A DNA stretch of 64,000 nucleotides. Source: a virus. Its lineage: Duplodnaviria > Caudoviricetes. The notes below the pieces were generated by a model, which saw only the letters and a program-made list of their open reading frames with translations, made no database searches and was not told where the DNA came from. Location of the stretch: IMG/VR virus record IMGVR_UViG_3300025073_000989. The stretch is one strand, 5' to 3'. Of this stretch, positions 46,101-55,462 are shown one piece after another (the first letter of the stretch is position 1; each line of letters begins with the position of its first letter). A program made the translations under genes and the position numbers.

Positions 46101-46400
46101 ATGGAAATAGAAGATTTTCCTTGTTGCTGTACCGCCAAAGTATTAAAGAACTTTGGGGAAACGCATGTTACTGAAGGCCAATTCGTAAAAGAAGAAGAAA
46201 AGGCTTTAGAAGAAAGGATAGTAAAATATACTAATAGATATAGTTCTTTAGCAGTACTTACTACTATTACAAACAGCGAGCAAAAGACGGCAAATAAGGT
46301 ATTAAAAAAATTAGGGTTTAAATCCACCAAGTGGTTAAAAAAGGTTCAACATAAAGAAACTAAAATTAAGCTTTGGTGGAAACCGCTATATAAGGAGTAA
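46101..46400 (+). CDS. hypothetical protein, possibly degenerate GNAT fold
   Basis: TNSEQKTANKVLKKLGF resembles GNAT motif B. Confidence 0.45.
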   Translation: MEIEDFPCCCTAKVLKNFGETHVTEGQFVKEEEKALEERIVKYTNRYSSLAVLTTITNSEQKTANKVLKKLGFKSTKWLKKVQHKETKIKLWWKPLYKE

Positions 46401-46413
46401 ACTAGTTTAGTGA

Positions 46414-46488
46414 TGGGGTATCGCCAAGCGGTAAGGCACAAGACTTTGACTCTTGTTATCGAGGGTTCAAATCCTTCTACCCTATCCA
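46414..46488 (+). tRNA. trnQ: tRNA-Gln (TTG)
   Basis: Full cloverleaf, ct-TTG-ac loop, encoded CCA. Confidence 0.92.
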
Positions 46489-46504
46489 GAATAAAAGGTT
46501 AATT

Positions 46505-46810
46505 ATGAAACTTGATAGAGGTACAATAGTTAAATGGCAAATTCATAAATTAAATTTAACTAAAAAACAATTAAAAGACTACTATCCTGAAGTAAAGATA
46601 GCACCTGCAGTTTTTACTGGAACAGTGGAAGAAGATCCAACAGGTAGATACTCCTCCGGATACCACATGAGGTCATCTTTAATAGTTTCAATAAAACGAA
46701 AAGGGGATATACAAATAGTAGAAACTTTAAACTCTATATATAAACTTAAAGGTCTTCCTGGCGACATTTTTCCTGATTTAGGAAATGATGCTTTGAATAT
46801 TTTTTATTAA
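46505..46810 (+). CDS. hypothetical protein
   Basis: AAGG RBS; GYHMRSSLIV...ETLNSIY. Confidence 0.7.
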   Translation: MKLDRGTIVKWQIHKLNLTKKQLKDYYPEVKIAPAVFTGTVEEDPTGRYSSGYHMRSSLIVSIKRKGDIQIVETLNSIYKLKGLPGDIFPDLGNDALNIFY

Positions 46811-46832
46811 TGGAAGTAAATTTGATTTTGAA

Positions 46833-46997
46833 TGGGAATGTGGCGAAAGTTAAACGCAGATTTAGATAGTTATACTACTAGATGAATAACTATTCTAAAA
46901 ATCCGTCTCGTGTTTACATTAGAAGTACAGGGTAATTCCGTATTATCTATATATAGACCAATATAGACTTGTAGGTATCGAATCCTGCCATCCCACC
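46833..46997 (+). ncRNA. second ~165-nt tRNA-shaped RNA with elongated anticodon and variable arms
   Basis: Leu-type D arm GGCGAAAGTTAAACGC, long anticodon hairpin, gtct/agac variable region, gtagg-tatcgaat-cctgc T arm; imperfect acceptor and no clean CCA. Confidence 0.55.
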
Positions 46998-47010
46998 GAT
47001 AAAATTTAAG

Positions 47011-47048
47011 AAAACGGGAGCAATAGCCAACTATTTCTCCCGTTTTTT
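47011..47048 (+). terminator. intrinsic terminator
   Basis: aaaacgggag...ctcccgttttttt. Confidence 0.8.
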
Positions 47049-47079
47049 TATTGAGAAGTTAAATTAACAGGAGACACCA

Positions 47080-47326
47080 ATGCTACTACAACTAATCTAT
47101 TTTTATTTTGTTATTATTTTATTGACTTTTTTATATCGCTGTAGAGTCGAAAGAAATAAAAACAATAACCCGATAGAAAAATGGAAAAAAAACACACTGG
47201 GTTGAGAGCTGTCTAATTAGTTTGTTTTGGCCATTTGTAGTTATTTTTATTGTTATGCTGCTTATTGTAGTTTTTATAATTGAGCTACCTTATAAATTAA
47301 CTAAGGAGAGAATCCGCCGCGGTTAA
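47080..47326 (+). pseudogene. membrane protein frameshifted in an A8 run (47185-47192)
   Basis: Removing one A joins two hydrophobic segments into one ORF; AGGAG RBS. Confidence 0.55.
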
Positions 47327-47339
47327 CAATAATTTAAAG

Positions 47340-47414
47340 TGCGGGGTCGAGGAGTGGCACCTCAGAAGGTTCATATCCTTCGTCACGGCAGTTCGATTCT
47401 GCCCCCCGCTTCCA
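47340..47414 (+). tRNA. trnM: tRNA-Met (CAT), initiator-like
   Basis: T1:T72 mismatch, A11-T24, tt-CAT-at loop, encoded CCA. Confidence 0.85.
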
Positions 47415-47441
47415 TAAAAAACTAGAAGAAGAATTGAAACT

Positions 47442-47732
47442 ATGCTACGATCTATAAAATTATTAGTTTTTCTATTTTTATTTTTATTTTTTCTACTTTC
47501 CTTTGCTAAAGCTGGAGATTACGATAAATATTATATCAATATACCAAAACTTATTGATTGTCAAACTATTAAAATAGATGAAACTTTTTTGAATGAAAAA
47601 AAGGCTATACTGTCTCCAGTGTATACCGCTTCAACTATATTAATCTGTTTTTGGGAAGTAGAGATTAAAGGTAAAAAATTGATACTTTTGAAACGTCCTG
47701 GAAGAAATGAATTCGGAGTAGTAAATGAATAA
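47442..47732 (+). CDS. secreted hypothetical protein
   Basis: Signal peptide ending AKA-GD. Confidence 0.65.
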   Translation: MLRSIKLLVFLFLFLFFLLSFAKAGDYDKYYINIPKLIDCQTIKIDETFLNEKKAILSPVYTASTILICFWEVEIKGKKLILLKRPGRNEFGVVNE

Positions 47733-47791
47733 ATAAATAGTCCAATTAGCATATTTTATTTTATAGAGGGTAGTTAAATTAAGGTCATAAA

Positions 47792-48535
47792 ATGCCAAAA
47801 GAGAATATAATTATTGTTGGAGACATACATGGTAAATGGGGAGAGATAAATTTTCTAATTAATAAGAAAAGTCCTAGAATTGTACTTCAGTGTGGTGACT
47901 TTGGGTTTTTTCCAAAGTTCCATAATACAAGAGGAATAGACTCAGAAGAATTTGAAATGTATGAACATACCAAAATCAGAAAACCATGGAATCAATACGG
48001 TATTAAAAACCCTAATACCGTGGTATATTTTGCTCCCGGTAATCATGAGGACTGGAATTCTTTAGATGAGTTAGAAGTAAATAAAAATTTTGAATTAATG
48101 CCAAACGTATTTTATCAACCATTTGGTAGTACAATTACTCTTCCAGACGGGAGAACGGTACTATTTTGTGGCGGAGCTAGATCTATTGACAGAGACTGGC
48201 GCACCTCAGGGGTAGATTGGTTTGAACAAGAAGAAATAAGTTATAGAGATATGGATAGACTTCCAAACATAGCTGTAGATATAGTTATATCCCATACTTG
48301 CCCTGAAGAAATAATGCTTCAGATGAGTACTAAAGGAATTTACTATGACCAAACAAACCCTTTACACAAAGACTCATCGCGGCAAGCTCTTTCATACATA
48401 ATGGAAAAATATAAACCAGATTTATGGTATTTTGGGCACTTTCATAGAGAAATTAAAGGTATGTGGAAGAATACTAGATGGTATGCTTTGTCTATGCCTG
48501 AAGGACATGGTAGGTGGTGGAGATACCTAAAATAA
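47792..48535 (+). CDS. calcineurin-like metallophosphoesterase
   Basis: GDIHG, CGDFG, GNHED, SHTCP, GHFH. Confidence 0.9.
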   Translation: MPKENIIIVGDIHGKWGEINFLINKKSPRIVLQCGDFGFFPKFHNTRGIDSEEFEMYEHTKIRKPWNQYGIKNPNTVVYFAPGNHEDWNSLDELEVNKNFELMPNVFYQPFGSTITLPDGRTVLFCGGARSIDRDWRTSGVDWFEQEEISYRDMDRLPNIAVDIVISHTCPEEIMLQMSTKGIYYDQTNPLHKDSSRQALSYIMEKYKPDLWYFGHFHREIKGMWKNTRWYALSMPEGHGRWWRYLK

Positions 48536-48547
48536 AGGAAAATATAA

Positions 48548-48973
48548 GTGTATATACCAGTAGAAGAAGAAAAACTTAAAAAATATGAAACATGGACAGA
48601 AGAAATTTTTGAACAAAAAGATTCATTATCTAACGGAGCAGTACCTCTGTTGTTTTTGTTTGGTGCAAATAAAATAAAAATGTGTAGATGTTATATAAGA
48701 TTCTCACCTAGCATTGTAATTATTGAAAATCTATGTATGCATGAAGTATCTGGAGTATTTTCAACCAGAATTAAGGAAATGTTTTTAACTTTAGCCATAA
48801 GAAGACTAATAACACTAACAAAGAGTGGTGGAAAAAAAGAATTAGTAATTTTTACTAGTAATAAGCTTTTACCTGAAATTTTTATCAATAACGGTTTCAA
48901 ATTTAGAAAAACACTTCCACATGAATTTGGAGAATACAGAGGATCCTTCCTTTTAGGAGATAAATTCAATTGA
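48548..48973 (+). CDS. hypothetical protein, possibly degenerate GNAT fold
   Basis: C-terminal EIFINNGFKF resembles GNAT motif B. Confidence 0.45.
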   Translation: MYIPVEEEKLKKYETWTEEIFEQKDSLSNGAVPLLFLFGANKIKMCRCYIRFSPSIVIIENLCMHEVSGVFSTRIKEMFLTLAIRRLITLTKSGGKKELVIFTSNKLLPEIFINNGFKFRKTLPHEFGEYRGSFLLGDKFN

Positions 48974-49779
48974 ATACTATTTATTTAGAACCACCATCAA
49001 CTGTAGATCTATTTTATCCAAACGACAATATGGAGTTTGCTTTTTGTTCTAGGATTAAACGAGAAAGAGTCTCACAAATAACTGTATTTGCAAAATGTCG
49101 TGAGGTGTTAACCGGTTTTATTAGAACGCAACTGTGTGGTTTTGATCCAAACGCTATACCGTGGTTTTATGTAAGAAAGCGTATAGATTTATTAAAAGTT
49201 AGAATGTTAGTTTTAAAAAGATATACACCCGGAACAGAAATAAATAAAGCGCTGATTTTTAACAACGAAGTGGAGTTTGGAATTAGAATTTTAAATTTAT
49301 TTGAAAAAAAACTAAAATGGACAGAAACTAAAGTTTATAAGGTAGAGTTAATTAAGGAATTATATACTAATGCAATTCCTGATCTCTATATGATAGAGGC
49401 CTCGAAACAATGGTTATTTTCTCCGGCCTGTTTCTCTTTGTTTTTATTATTATTTAGAGCCGGAAAATATTATAGAGATTTATCTGTAAAAGATATTTCG
49501 TCTTTTTTAGCCAGTATAGCTGATAAAAAAATGGAAGAACACTTACATTATAAAAAAGATCAGTGGTTAATATTTCTTAAAAATACCAATAGAATATATA
49601 AAAAAAATATAATAGAACGATACAGACCAGAAAATATAATAAAACGATACAGACCAGAAAGAGTATATAGTAACTCAAAAGAGGGTATATTTTCCATGCT
49701 AAGTGGAACAACAGTGGATAAAGTGTCTTATAAAGCATGGAAAAATATTTTAGATGAACAAGGTAAACAAGATGCTTAG
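48970..49779 (+). CDS. hypothetical protein, paralog family C
   Basis: FAF...CREVL...IDL.K.RMLV shared with 50942-51730. Confidence 0.75.
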   Translation: MNTIYLEPPSTVDLFYPNDNMEFAFCSRIKRERVSQITVFAKCREVLTGFIRTQLCGFDPNAIPWFYVRKRIDLLKVRMLVLKRYTPGTEINKALIFNNEVEFGIRILNLFEKKLKWTETKVYKVELIKELYTNAIPDLYMIEASKQWLFSPACFSLFLLLFRAGKYYRDLSVKDISSFLASIADKKMEEHLHYKKDQWLIFLKNTNRIYKKNIIERYRPENIIKRYRPERVYSNSKEGIFSMLSGTTVDKVSYKAWKNILDEQGKQDA

Positions 49780-50923
49780 TATCGTAGAGTTTATAAAAAA
49801 ATGTAAAGACATCGATTTAGTAAATCAACTACTATGTTTAAAATTAAAGTTAAATATTAAAAAACAGCCAATAGCTTTAAAGGCTGGAAACACCGAATAC
49901 TTATACCTATACAATCGTACTGAAAAGTCCCCTAATTGTATTATTTCTAACGAAGCTAATGGTTTAATCTTAGATAAAGAAGGAAAAGTAGTAAGTAGAA
50001 GCCTTAATCATTTATATAATGGTGAAAGCTTTAAAGAAAAAATTGATTGGGATAAAGCAACAGCAGAAGAATTTATAGATGGAGTACAAGTTACACTATT
50101 TTTTTACAAAGACTATTGGTTTATACAAACTAGAGATGATATTAACGGTAGAAATTTAATTCATCAGAATGATATTTGGAGTATTAACTACGAAGTGTCA
50201 CATTTGCTTCAAAAACAAAGATATTACACAAATATCTTTAATCAGCTAGATAAAGATAAAACATATACATTTGTATACGTTCGTGCACAAGAAGTACAAA
50301 ATTTAGATAGTAATAAAAACAAACTGTATTTAATAGCAATTTATAATAAAGAGACTGAAGGGTACTTAACTGAAGAAGAGCTAGATGAATATAAATTAAT
50401 TTCTGGTTTTAGTAGACCAAGAAGATTCGCAACAGTATCATTTTCTTATTTTAATAAAAGAATTACTGATTTTTCTACTTTAGTAGTTGTTAACCAAGAC
50501 ATTTCTAAAAAACCCAAAGTAGAACAAAGATTTAAGTTCGAAAGAAAGGCGGAAACACAAAACGAGACCTCAGTTGTTATAAAATACTTAGCAGAAAAAG
50601 TAATTCAAGGAAGGCATCAAGAGGTATCATTAAAAAATTTTCCAGAGTATAGAAGACTAATAGCTTTATTTATAAGAGTAAAATTAGATATAATTTCTTT
50701 TGTACAAAAAACAATAAAAGAAAATAAAGAAACATCCTTAACTACTTTTAGTGAGCAAATAAAAAGACATCACCTAAGCGATATACTGATTGCATCTAAA
50801 AAAACTCCCGAAAGTATTAGGATAAACGTAAGCAGAATAGACAGTAGTAGATTTATTAAACTAGCACAGATAAGATATTGGACACAATATGACGATGCTA
50901 TAAATGCAAGTAAAACTATATAG
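49772..50923 (+). CDS. T4 Rnl1-like RNA ligase fold, catalytic Lys apparently replaced
   Basis: EANGLILDKEGKVVSRSLNHLYN (cf. ECRGLI..SRPF.KFFN); motif I reads EFIDG instead of KxDG. Confidence 0.7.
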   Translation: MLSIVEFIKKCKDIDLVNQLLCLKLKLNIKKQPIALKAGNTEYLYLYNRTEKSPNCIISNEANGLILDKEGKVVSRSLNHLYNGESFKEKIDWDKATAEEFIDGVQVTLFFYKDYWFIQTRDDINGRNLIHQNDIWSINYEVSHLLQKQRYYTNIFNQLDKDKTYTFVYVRAQEVQNLDSNKNKLYLIAIYNKETEGYLTEEELDEYKLISGFSRPRRFATVSFSYFNKRITDFSTLVVVNQDISKKPKVEQRFKFERKAETQNETSVVIKYLAEKVIQGRHQEVSLKNFPEYRRLIALFIRVKLDIISFVQKTIKENKETSLTTFSEQIKRHHLSDILIASKKTPESIRINVSRIDSSRFIKLAQIRYWTQYDDAINASKTI

Positions 50924-50941
50924 TGAGGATGTGAGTACAAA

Positions 50942-51730
50942 ATGCCAGAAAATATAAAATGGTTTACAGAAACAGGAAATCTTTGCGAAATCTACCAAGC
51001 TGTAGGTATGTATTTTTCTTTTTTATCTAGTCCTAAAGATGAAAATAAACAGTGCCATTGTTGGGTAAAATGTAGGGACTTTTTACATGATGCCTTAAGG
51101 GCCCAAATAAACAATAGTAGTTGTTCTATATATGCTTTTGATTTTAATGTTAATATAAACCCTCCAATTGATCTGAAAAGAACCAGAATGTTAGTTAAAT
51201 TTAAAAACTACAGGGACTTTGAGAAACAAAAAAAAATAATTCAATCAGCCAAAAAACTTTTAAACTTCTATGAAGAGCTCGCTGGAAGTACTTTTACTAA
51301 AGTAAGTATAACCACAGATAAAGACGATGTGCCTGTATGGATTTTTAATGGGCCCGCATTTTGGCAAAAAGCCCCTTTCTTAATTTCTATGTTTACTTTA
51401 TTAATAAGGCTTGGGGATAAAGAACTAGTTTTTCAGAACTTAGCAGAACTAATTTCGGTACTAAAAGAAAAAAGTGAAAGTACAGATGCAACTAAAGATA
51501 ATGATATTAAATATCTATCTGTTCTATATAATAAATTAAATATTATAGTAGAAAATTGGAGACTACTAGCTGACAAAAAACTAAATTTATTTAGTGATGG
51601 TGTTGGTATAGGTCTATTTCATAATAATTACGGTGTACTGAGCTTGGCCAAACTAGTTACTCCAAATAAAGAATTAAACAATGCAATGAAAACATTACTT
51701 AGTAATACTAATAGGGAAGTAAAGTGCTAG
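50942..51730 (+). CDS. hypothetical protein, paralog family C
   Basis: FSF...CRDFLH...PIDLKRTRMLV. Confidence 0.75.
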   Translation: MPENIKWFTETGNLCEIYQAVGMYFSFLSSPKDENKQCHCWVKCRDFLHDALRAQINNSSCSIYAFDFNVNINPPIDLKRTRMLVKFKNYRDFEKQKKIIQSAKKLLNFYEELAGSTFTKVSITTDKDDVPVWIFNGPAFWQKAPFLISMFTLLIRLGDKELVFQNLAELISVLKEKSESTDATKDNDIKYLSVLYNKLNIIVENWRLLADKKLNLFSDGVGIGLFHNNYGVLSLAKLVTPNKELNNAMKTLLSNTNREVKC

Positions 51731-51995
51731 AAAATAAAGTAACAGAAAAAAGAAAATTATCAAGAATTAAAGGTATTAGTAGTGAGAAATCCTACGTTGA
51801 AAAAGCTACCAATAAAAGACCTCAATTCGCTTTTCTAAGTTCTCAAGCTGATATAAGTTTTTAGCTTGTAGAGATTTTTTACATGAAATAGTAACAGCTG
51901 CTATAAATCATACAAGAGATCCATACGGCTATTGGACTAGCGAAAATAGTTCACCAATAGATTTAGAAAAATTAAGATTATTAATTCAAAAGTAA
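51724..51995 (+). pseudogene. frameshifted/truncated third copy of family C
   Basis: QFAFL then, after a T5 slip at 51858-51862, ACRDFLHE...PIDLEKLRLLI. Confidence 0.65.
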
Positions 51996-52024
51996 ATAAG
52001 AAAAACAACGGAGGACTTTAAACT

Positions 52025-52939
52025 ATGAAAAGATTTACAATTGGTACTGACCCGGAATTTTTTCTAAAAGAAAAAGAAACCGGAAAATTAGTATCAGCCA
52101 TACCATATATTAACGGAACAAAGCATGAACCTGAAGCCCTACCATCTGGTGGTACTATTCAAAGGGATAATGTAGCAGTAGAATTTGCAACTGCACCAGC
52201 AGTCTCAATGGATGACTTTATAAAAAAGATCAGAGAAACATTCAAAGATGTACTTAAAGTAATTCCAGATAATTTCGATTTAGTAGCAACACCATCTGCT
52301 GTATTTGATGATGATCAATTAGAACACCCTGACGCTTTGACTTTCGGATGTGATCCAGATTATAACGCTTGGACCATTTCCGAAAACTCTGAAAATAATA
52401 AACCTAGTCATCCGAACAAAAACTTTAGAAGCTGTGGGGGCCATATACACGTTGGACATGTAAGCGGTGATGGTAACGATTTTCTGCTAGATCCTTTTGG
52501 TAAAATTAATATGGTTAGGGGTATGGATCTAGTTCACGGAATAGTATCAGTTATACTAGATAGTTCTATCGAGTCGATAGAAAGAAGAAAGCTGTACGGA
52601 AGCGCCGGCTGTCACCGCCCAACAGACTATGGAGTTGAGTATAGAGTTCTAAGTAATTATTGGCTAAAGAGCCCTTTTCTAGTAATGCTTATGGATTCTT
52701 TAACACAAGATGTTTTAAAGTTAATTAAAGAAAACAAACTTAATCAACTTATTAATTTTGTTGGTGAACAAGAAATTCAAAGTATTATAAACAATGGAGA
52801 TGTCGCAAATGCCAATAGTATTTTTAATAAAGCTATAAAGAGCTGTCTAAGTGCAGATTCTATTTTTTACTTTGAAGAGAGTCTAAAGAGAGTTGAAAAT
52901 ATTAACCTGAAAAAAGAATGGGGACTTGAGGAGGTCTAA
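52025..52939 (+). CDS. phiEco32-like COOH-NH2 ligase type 2
   Basis: IGTDPEFFL, QRDNVAVEF, GCDPDYNAW, GGHIHVG, YGVEYRVLSN. Confidence 0.9.
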   Translation: MKRFTIGTDPEFFLKEKETGKLVSAIPYINGTKHEPEALPSGGTIQRDNVAVEFATAPAVSMDDFIKKIRETFKDVLKVIPDNFDLVATPSAVFDDDQLEHPDALTFGCDPDYNAWTISENSENNKPSHPNKNFRSCGGHIHVGHVSGDGNDFLLDPFGKINMVRGMDLVHGIVSVILDSSIESIERRKLYGSAGCHRPTDYGVEYRVLSNYWLKSPFLVMLMDSLTQDVLKLIKENKLNQLINFVGEQEIQSIINNGDVANANSIFNKAIKSCLSADSIFYFEESLKRVENINLKKEWGLEEV

Positions 52940-53734
52940 ATGTCAAAACGTATTGCAATTCCGGCCAGTAAAAGTAAAAATCAATTTTTTATTAATCAAG
53001 CGTATATTGAATATTTAACACAGGCTGGGTATGAGGTAGTAATAGTTACACCATCAAGTAGTATACATGACACTGTAGCATCATGTTTTGGTTTAGTACT
53101 ACCTGGTGGAATTGATATAGACCCGATTTATTATGGAGAAGATAATATATGTTGCCAAGGAAGTGACCCGGAAAAAGATGATTTCGAAAGGAAGTTGTTT
53201 TATTCTTTCTTGAATCAAAACAAACCAATATTTGGTATATGCCGTGGTTTCCAATTGATAATGCGAGAGCTTATAGTCAACAAAATTCCTGGATATAAGT
53301 CTTTTTGTTTCTATCAGAATTTAAATAGGCACAAAAATGTAGACGAGCTAGGAATAGCAAGGACAATACCAAGCCATAGTGTTACAGCAGCAGTTGGTAC
53401 TTTGTATGGAGTGGAAGAACTATATAGCAGCATATTTGTAAATTCTATGCACCATCAAGCAGTAATTATTAAAGTAGAAAGAAAAACAAACCCTTTAGTC
53501 CAAGTAGGACAGATATTTCCTCTAGCTGTAACAAAAATAGGTCTAACGAGTAATATTTCCAACGAAGAGATTAAGAAGAAAACCAAAGAGGCTTTTGTAG
53601 TAGAAGCTTTAGGGGCAAGTATAAATAACACAAAAATAAGAGCAGTACAATGGCACCCGGAAGAGCTTCGAGATATAGCTCTATTACAAAACTTCTTTGG
53701 TGAAAAAGAAGAAAAGTTAATTGTAGGTAAATAA
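52940..53734 (+). CDS. class I glutamine amidotransferase, peptidase C26 family
   Basis: LPGGIDIDP, GICRGFQ nucleophile elbow, VNSMHHQ, QWHPE. Confidence 0.9.
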   Translation: MSKRIAIPASKSKNQFFINQAYIEYLTQAGYEVVIVTPSSSIHDTVASCFGLVLPGGIDIDPIYYGEDNICCQGSDPEKDDFERKLFYSFLNQNKPIFGICRGFQLIMRELIVNKIPGYKSFCFYQNLNRHKNVDELGIARTIPSHSVTAAVGTLYGVEELYSSIFVNSMHHQAVIIKVERKTNPLVQVGQIFPLAVTKIGLTSNISNEEIKKKTKEAFVVEALGASINNTKIRAVQWHPEELRDIALLQNFFGEKEEKLIVGK

Positions 53735-53736
53735 AT

Positions 53737-54006
53737 ATGGTAGACACTATAGACGATAATAAACTTAATGCCACAAGATGGAAACTAACTGTTTCTAGAG
53801 AGAACGGTACTACAGAACTTGAGCGCCTCGGCTTATCGCAACTCAAGCCTGTTTTAAAAAGAATAAAAGAACAGAACCCAAATAGTGATGGAGTTAAATT
53901 AATAAATACTACATTACTTGTGTTTGCTTACATTGAACACTTCCTACAAGAGAGTCCACTTTCTTCACCAGTAGACAGAATACAAATACAACCGCTTGAT
54001 ACATAA
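53737..54006 (+). CDS. hypothetical protein
   Basis: Within amidoligase cluster. Confidence 0.6.
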   Translation: MVDTIDDNKLNATRWKLTVSRENGTTELERLGLSQLKPVLKRIKEQNPNSDGVKLINTTLLVFAYIEHFLQESPLSSPVDRIQIQPLDT

Positions 54007-55462
54007 GAATATGAAAGATAAATACCTTAGAGAAATAAATCCAAATTTTTCAGTTGTAGAACTTATAGCAGAAAAGTTTGACGATTATGATAAGCACCTT
54101 ACTCCAAATGCCATAGTATTTGGAGGGGCAGTTAGAGATATCCTAGCTGGGCTGCCACTAGAAGGAGATCTAGACGTTGCTATTTGCAAAGCCGAATTTC
54201 CAACTATAATTAAAAGTTTATTAGAATCACCAAGATGGCAAAAGACTTTGAACAAAGGTGAAATAAAAAAGTATAAAGCCTCGTTTTCAGTAGATTCAAT
54301 AGTAACTTTTGAAAATCTAAATGGAAGTAAAGTACAAATAATAACACCAACACCTTCTCATTTACCTGAAGCCGATCCATTTGTCGAAGCCATTAGTATA
54401 GTAAGGCAAGTTGATATTTTATGTTGTGCTTTATTTCTAGATAGTGATGGAAATATTTTTGAAGTTATACCTGGCGCTGAAGAAGATTGTAAAAAAAGAG
54501 TATTACGGTTGGCCAAAAAAGATAACCCAGATCTAAATAAAATTAAAGAACGAATTAATAAGTTAGTTTCTAGGGGCTGGGTTTCTGAAATAGATCTTAG
54601 TAAACTTTTTTCTAAAAGTAAAAAATCAAGAATAACTAAAAAACAAAAAATCGAAGATGAAACTAATTATTCACCATATAGTTACAAAGCACCATATAAT
54701 TACAAAGTATTAATAACTGTATCAAACAACCCTTTTATTTCCTCAAAGTTGACTTTGAATCTAATTAAGTTAAGCCGAGAAGTAGATATAGCTTCAGGTG
54801 TTTTACGTAACAAGATTTTTAATTTTTGTTCTATAAATAAAGGCTACACTATTGAACTAAAGCAAGTAAAACAAGAAGAAATGTACATTCGTTCTGACCT
54901 AAATAAATTACTTGAACTGTGTACTTTTTTGAAGTTAGAACCTGTAATACTAAATACATTAGAAAGAGAAAGTTCATATCATAACAGCGAAAAAAAATCT
55001 TTGGATACAGAACCTATACGAGGTATAATCGACTTTTATAAATTAGACCAAGATCAAAAACAGTTTTCTGAGTCAATAAAGGACAAAATAACTGAAAGCC
55101 CATACGCGCTGGACAAAATAACTGAAAGCCCATACGCGCCGGAAAGTACCTTGGCTAAAGCTAAAAATAGTATAGAAAATATCTCGGTAGAATATAATAT
55201 TACTTATTCTCCACCAGAAATACCAAAACAACATACTAGTACTAAAAACGGATTTGATCCTAGTACTGTAATCGTTGATAAGGAGTTTTTTCTTATACCA
55301 GCAGTAAAGGGACAACAGACGGAGCACAGTAACATAAACAGTGGGCGTAATTCTGCTAATAAGGATGGCCTATATTATCGCCTTGAGCCTGCTACTACGA
55401 CTTTTGTGAATAAAGTAGAATATAGGCGCAGAAAGGAGCAACTAGATATAGATGAAGGATAA
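53996..55462 (+). CDS. CCA/poly(A) polymerase-like nucleotidyltransferase head domain plus unknown C-terminal region
   Basis: VFGGAVRDILAG...GDLDVA motif A; VDILCCALF. Confidence 0.75.
   Translation: MIHKNMKDKYLREINPNFSVVELIAEKFDDYDKHLTPNAIVFGGAVRDILAGLPLEGDLDVAICKAEFPTIIKSLLESPRWQKTLNKGEIKKYKASFSVDSIVTFENLNGSKVQIITPTPSHLPEADPFVEAISIVRQVDILCCALFLDSDGNIFEVIPGAEEDCKKRVLRLAKKDNPDLNKIKERINKLVSRGWVSEIDLSKLFSKSKKSRITKKQKIEDETNYSPYSYKAPYNYKVLITVSNNPFISSKLTLNLIKLSREVDIASGVLRNKIFNFCSINKGYTIELKQVKQEEMYIRSDLNKLLELCTFLKLEPVILNTLERESSYHNSEKKSLDTEPIRGIIDFYKLDQDQKQFSESIKDKITESPYALDKITESPYAPESTLAKAKNSIENISVEYNITYSPPEIPKQHTSTKNGFDPSTVIVDKEFFLIPAVKGQQTEHSNINSGRNSANKDGLYYRLEPATTTFVNKVEYRRRKEQLDIDEG

Noticed and set aside
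34715-55140. Short in-frame duplications (WLYHYQD x2 at ~34720-34765, IIERYRPE x2 at ~49610-49665, DKITESPYA x2 at 55081-55140)
   Set aside because: Ordinary slippage duplications with no shared sequence or evident function
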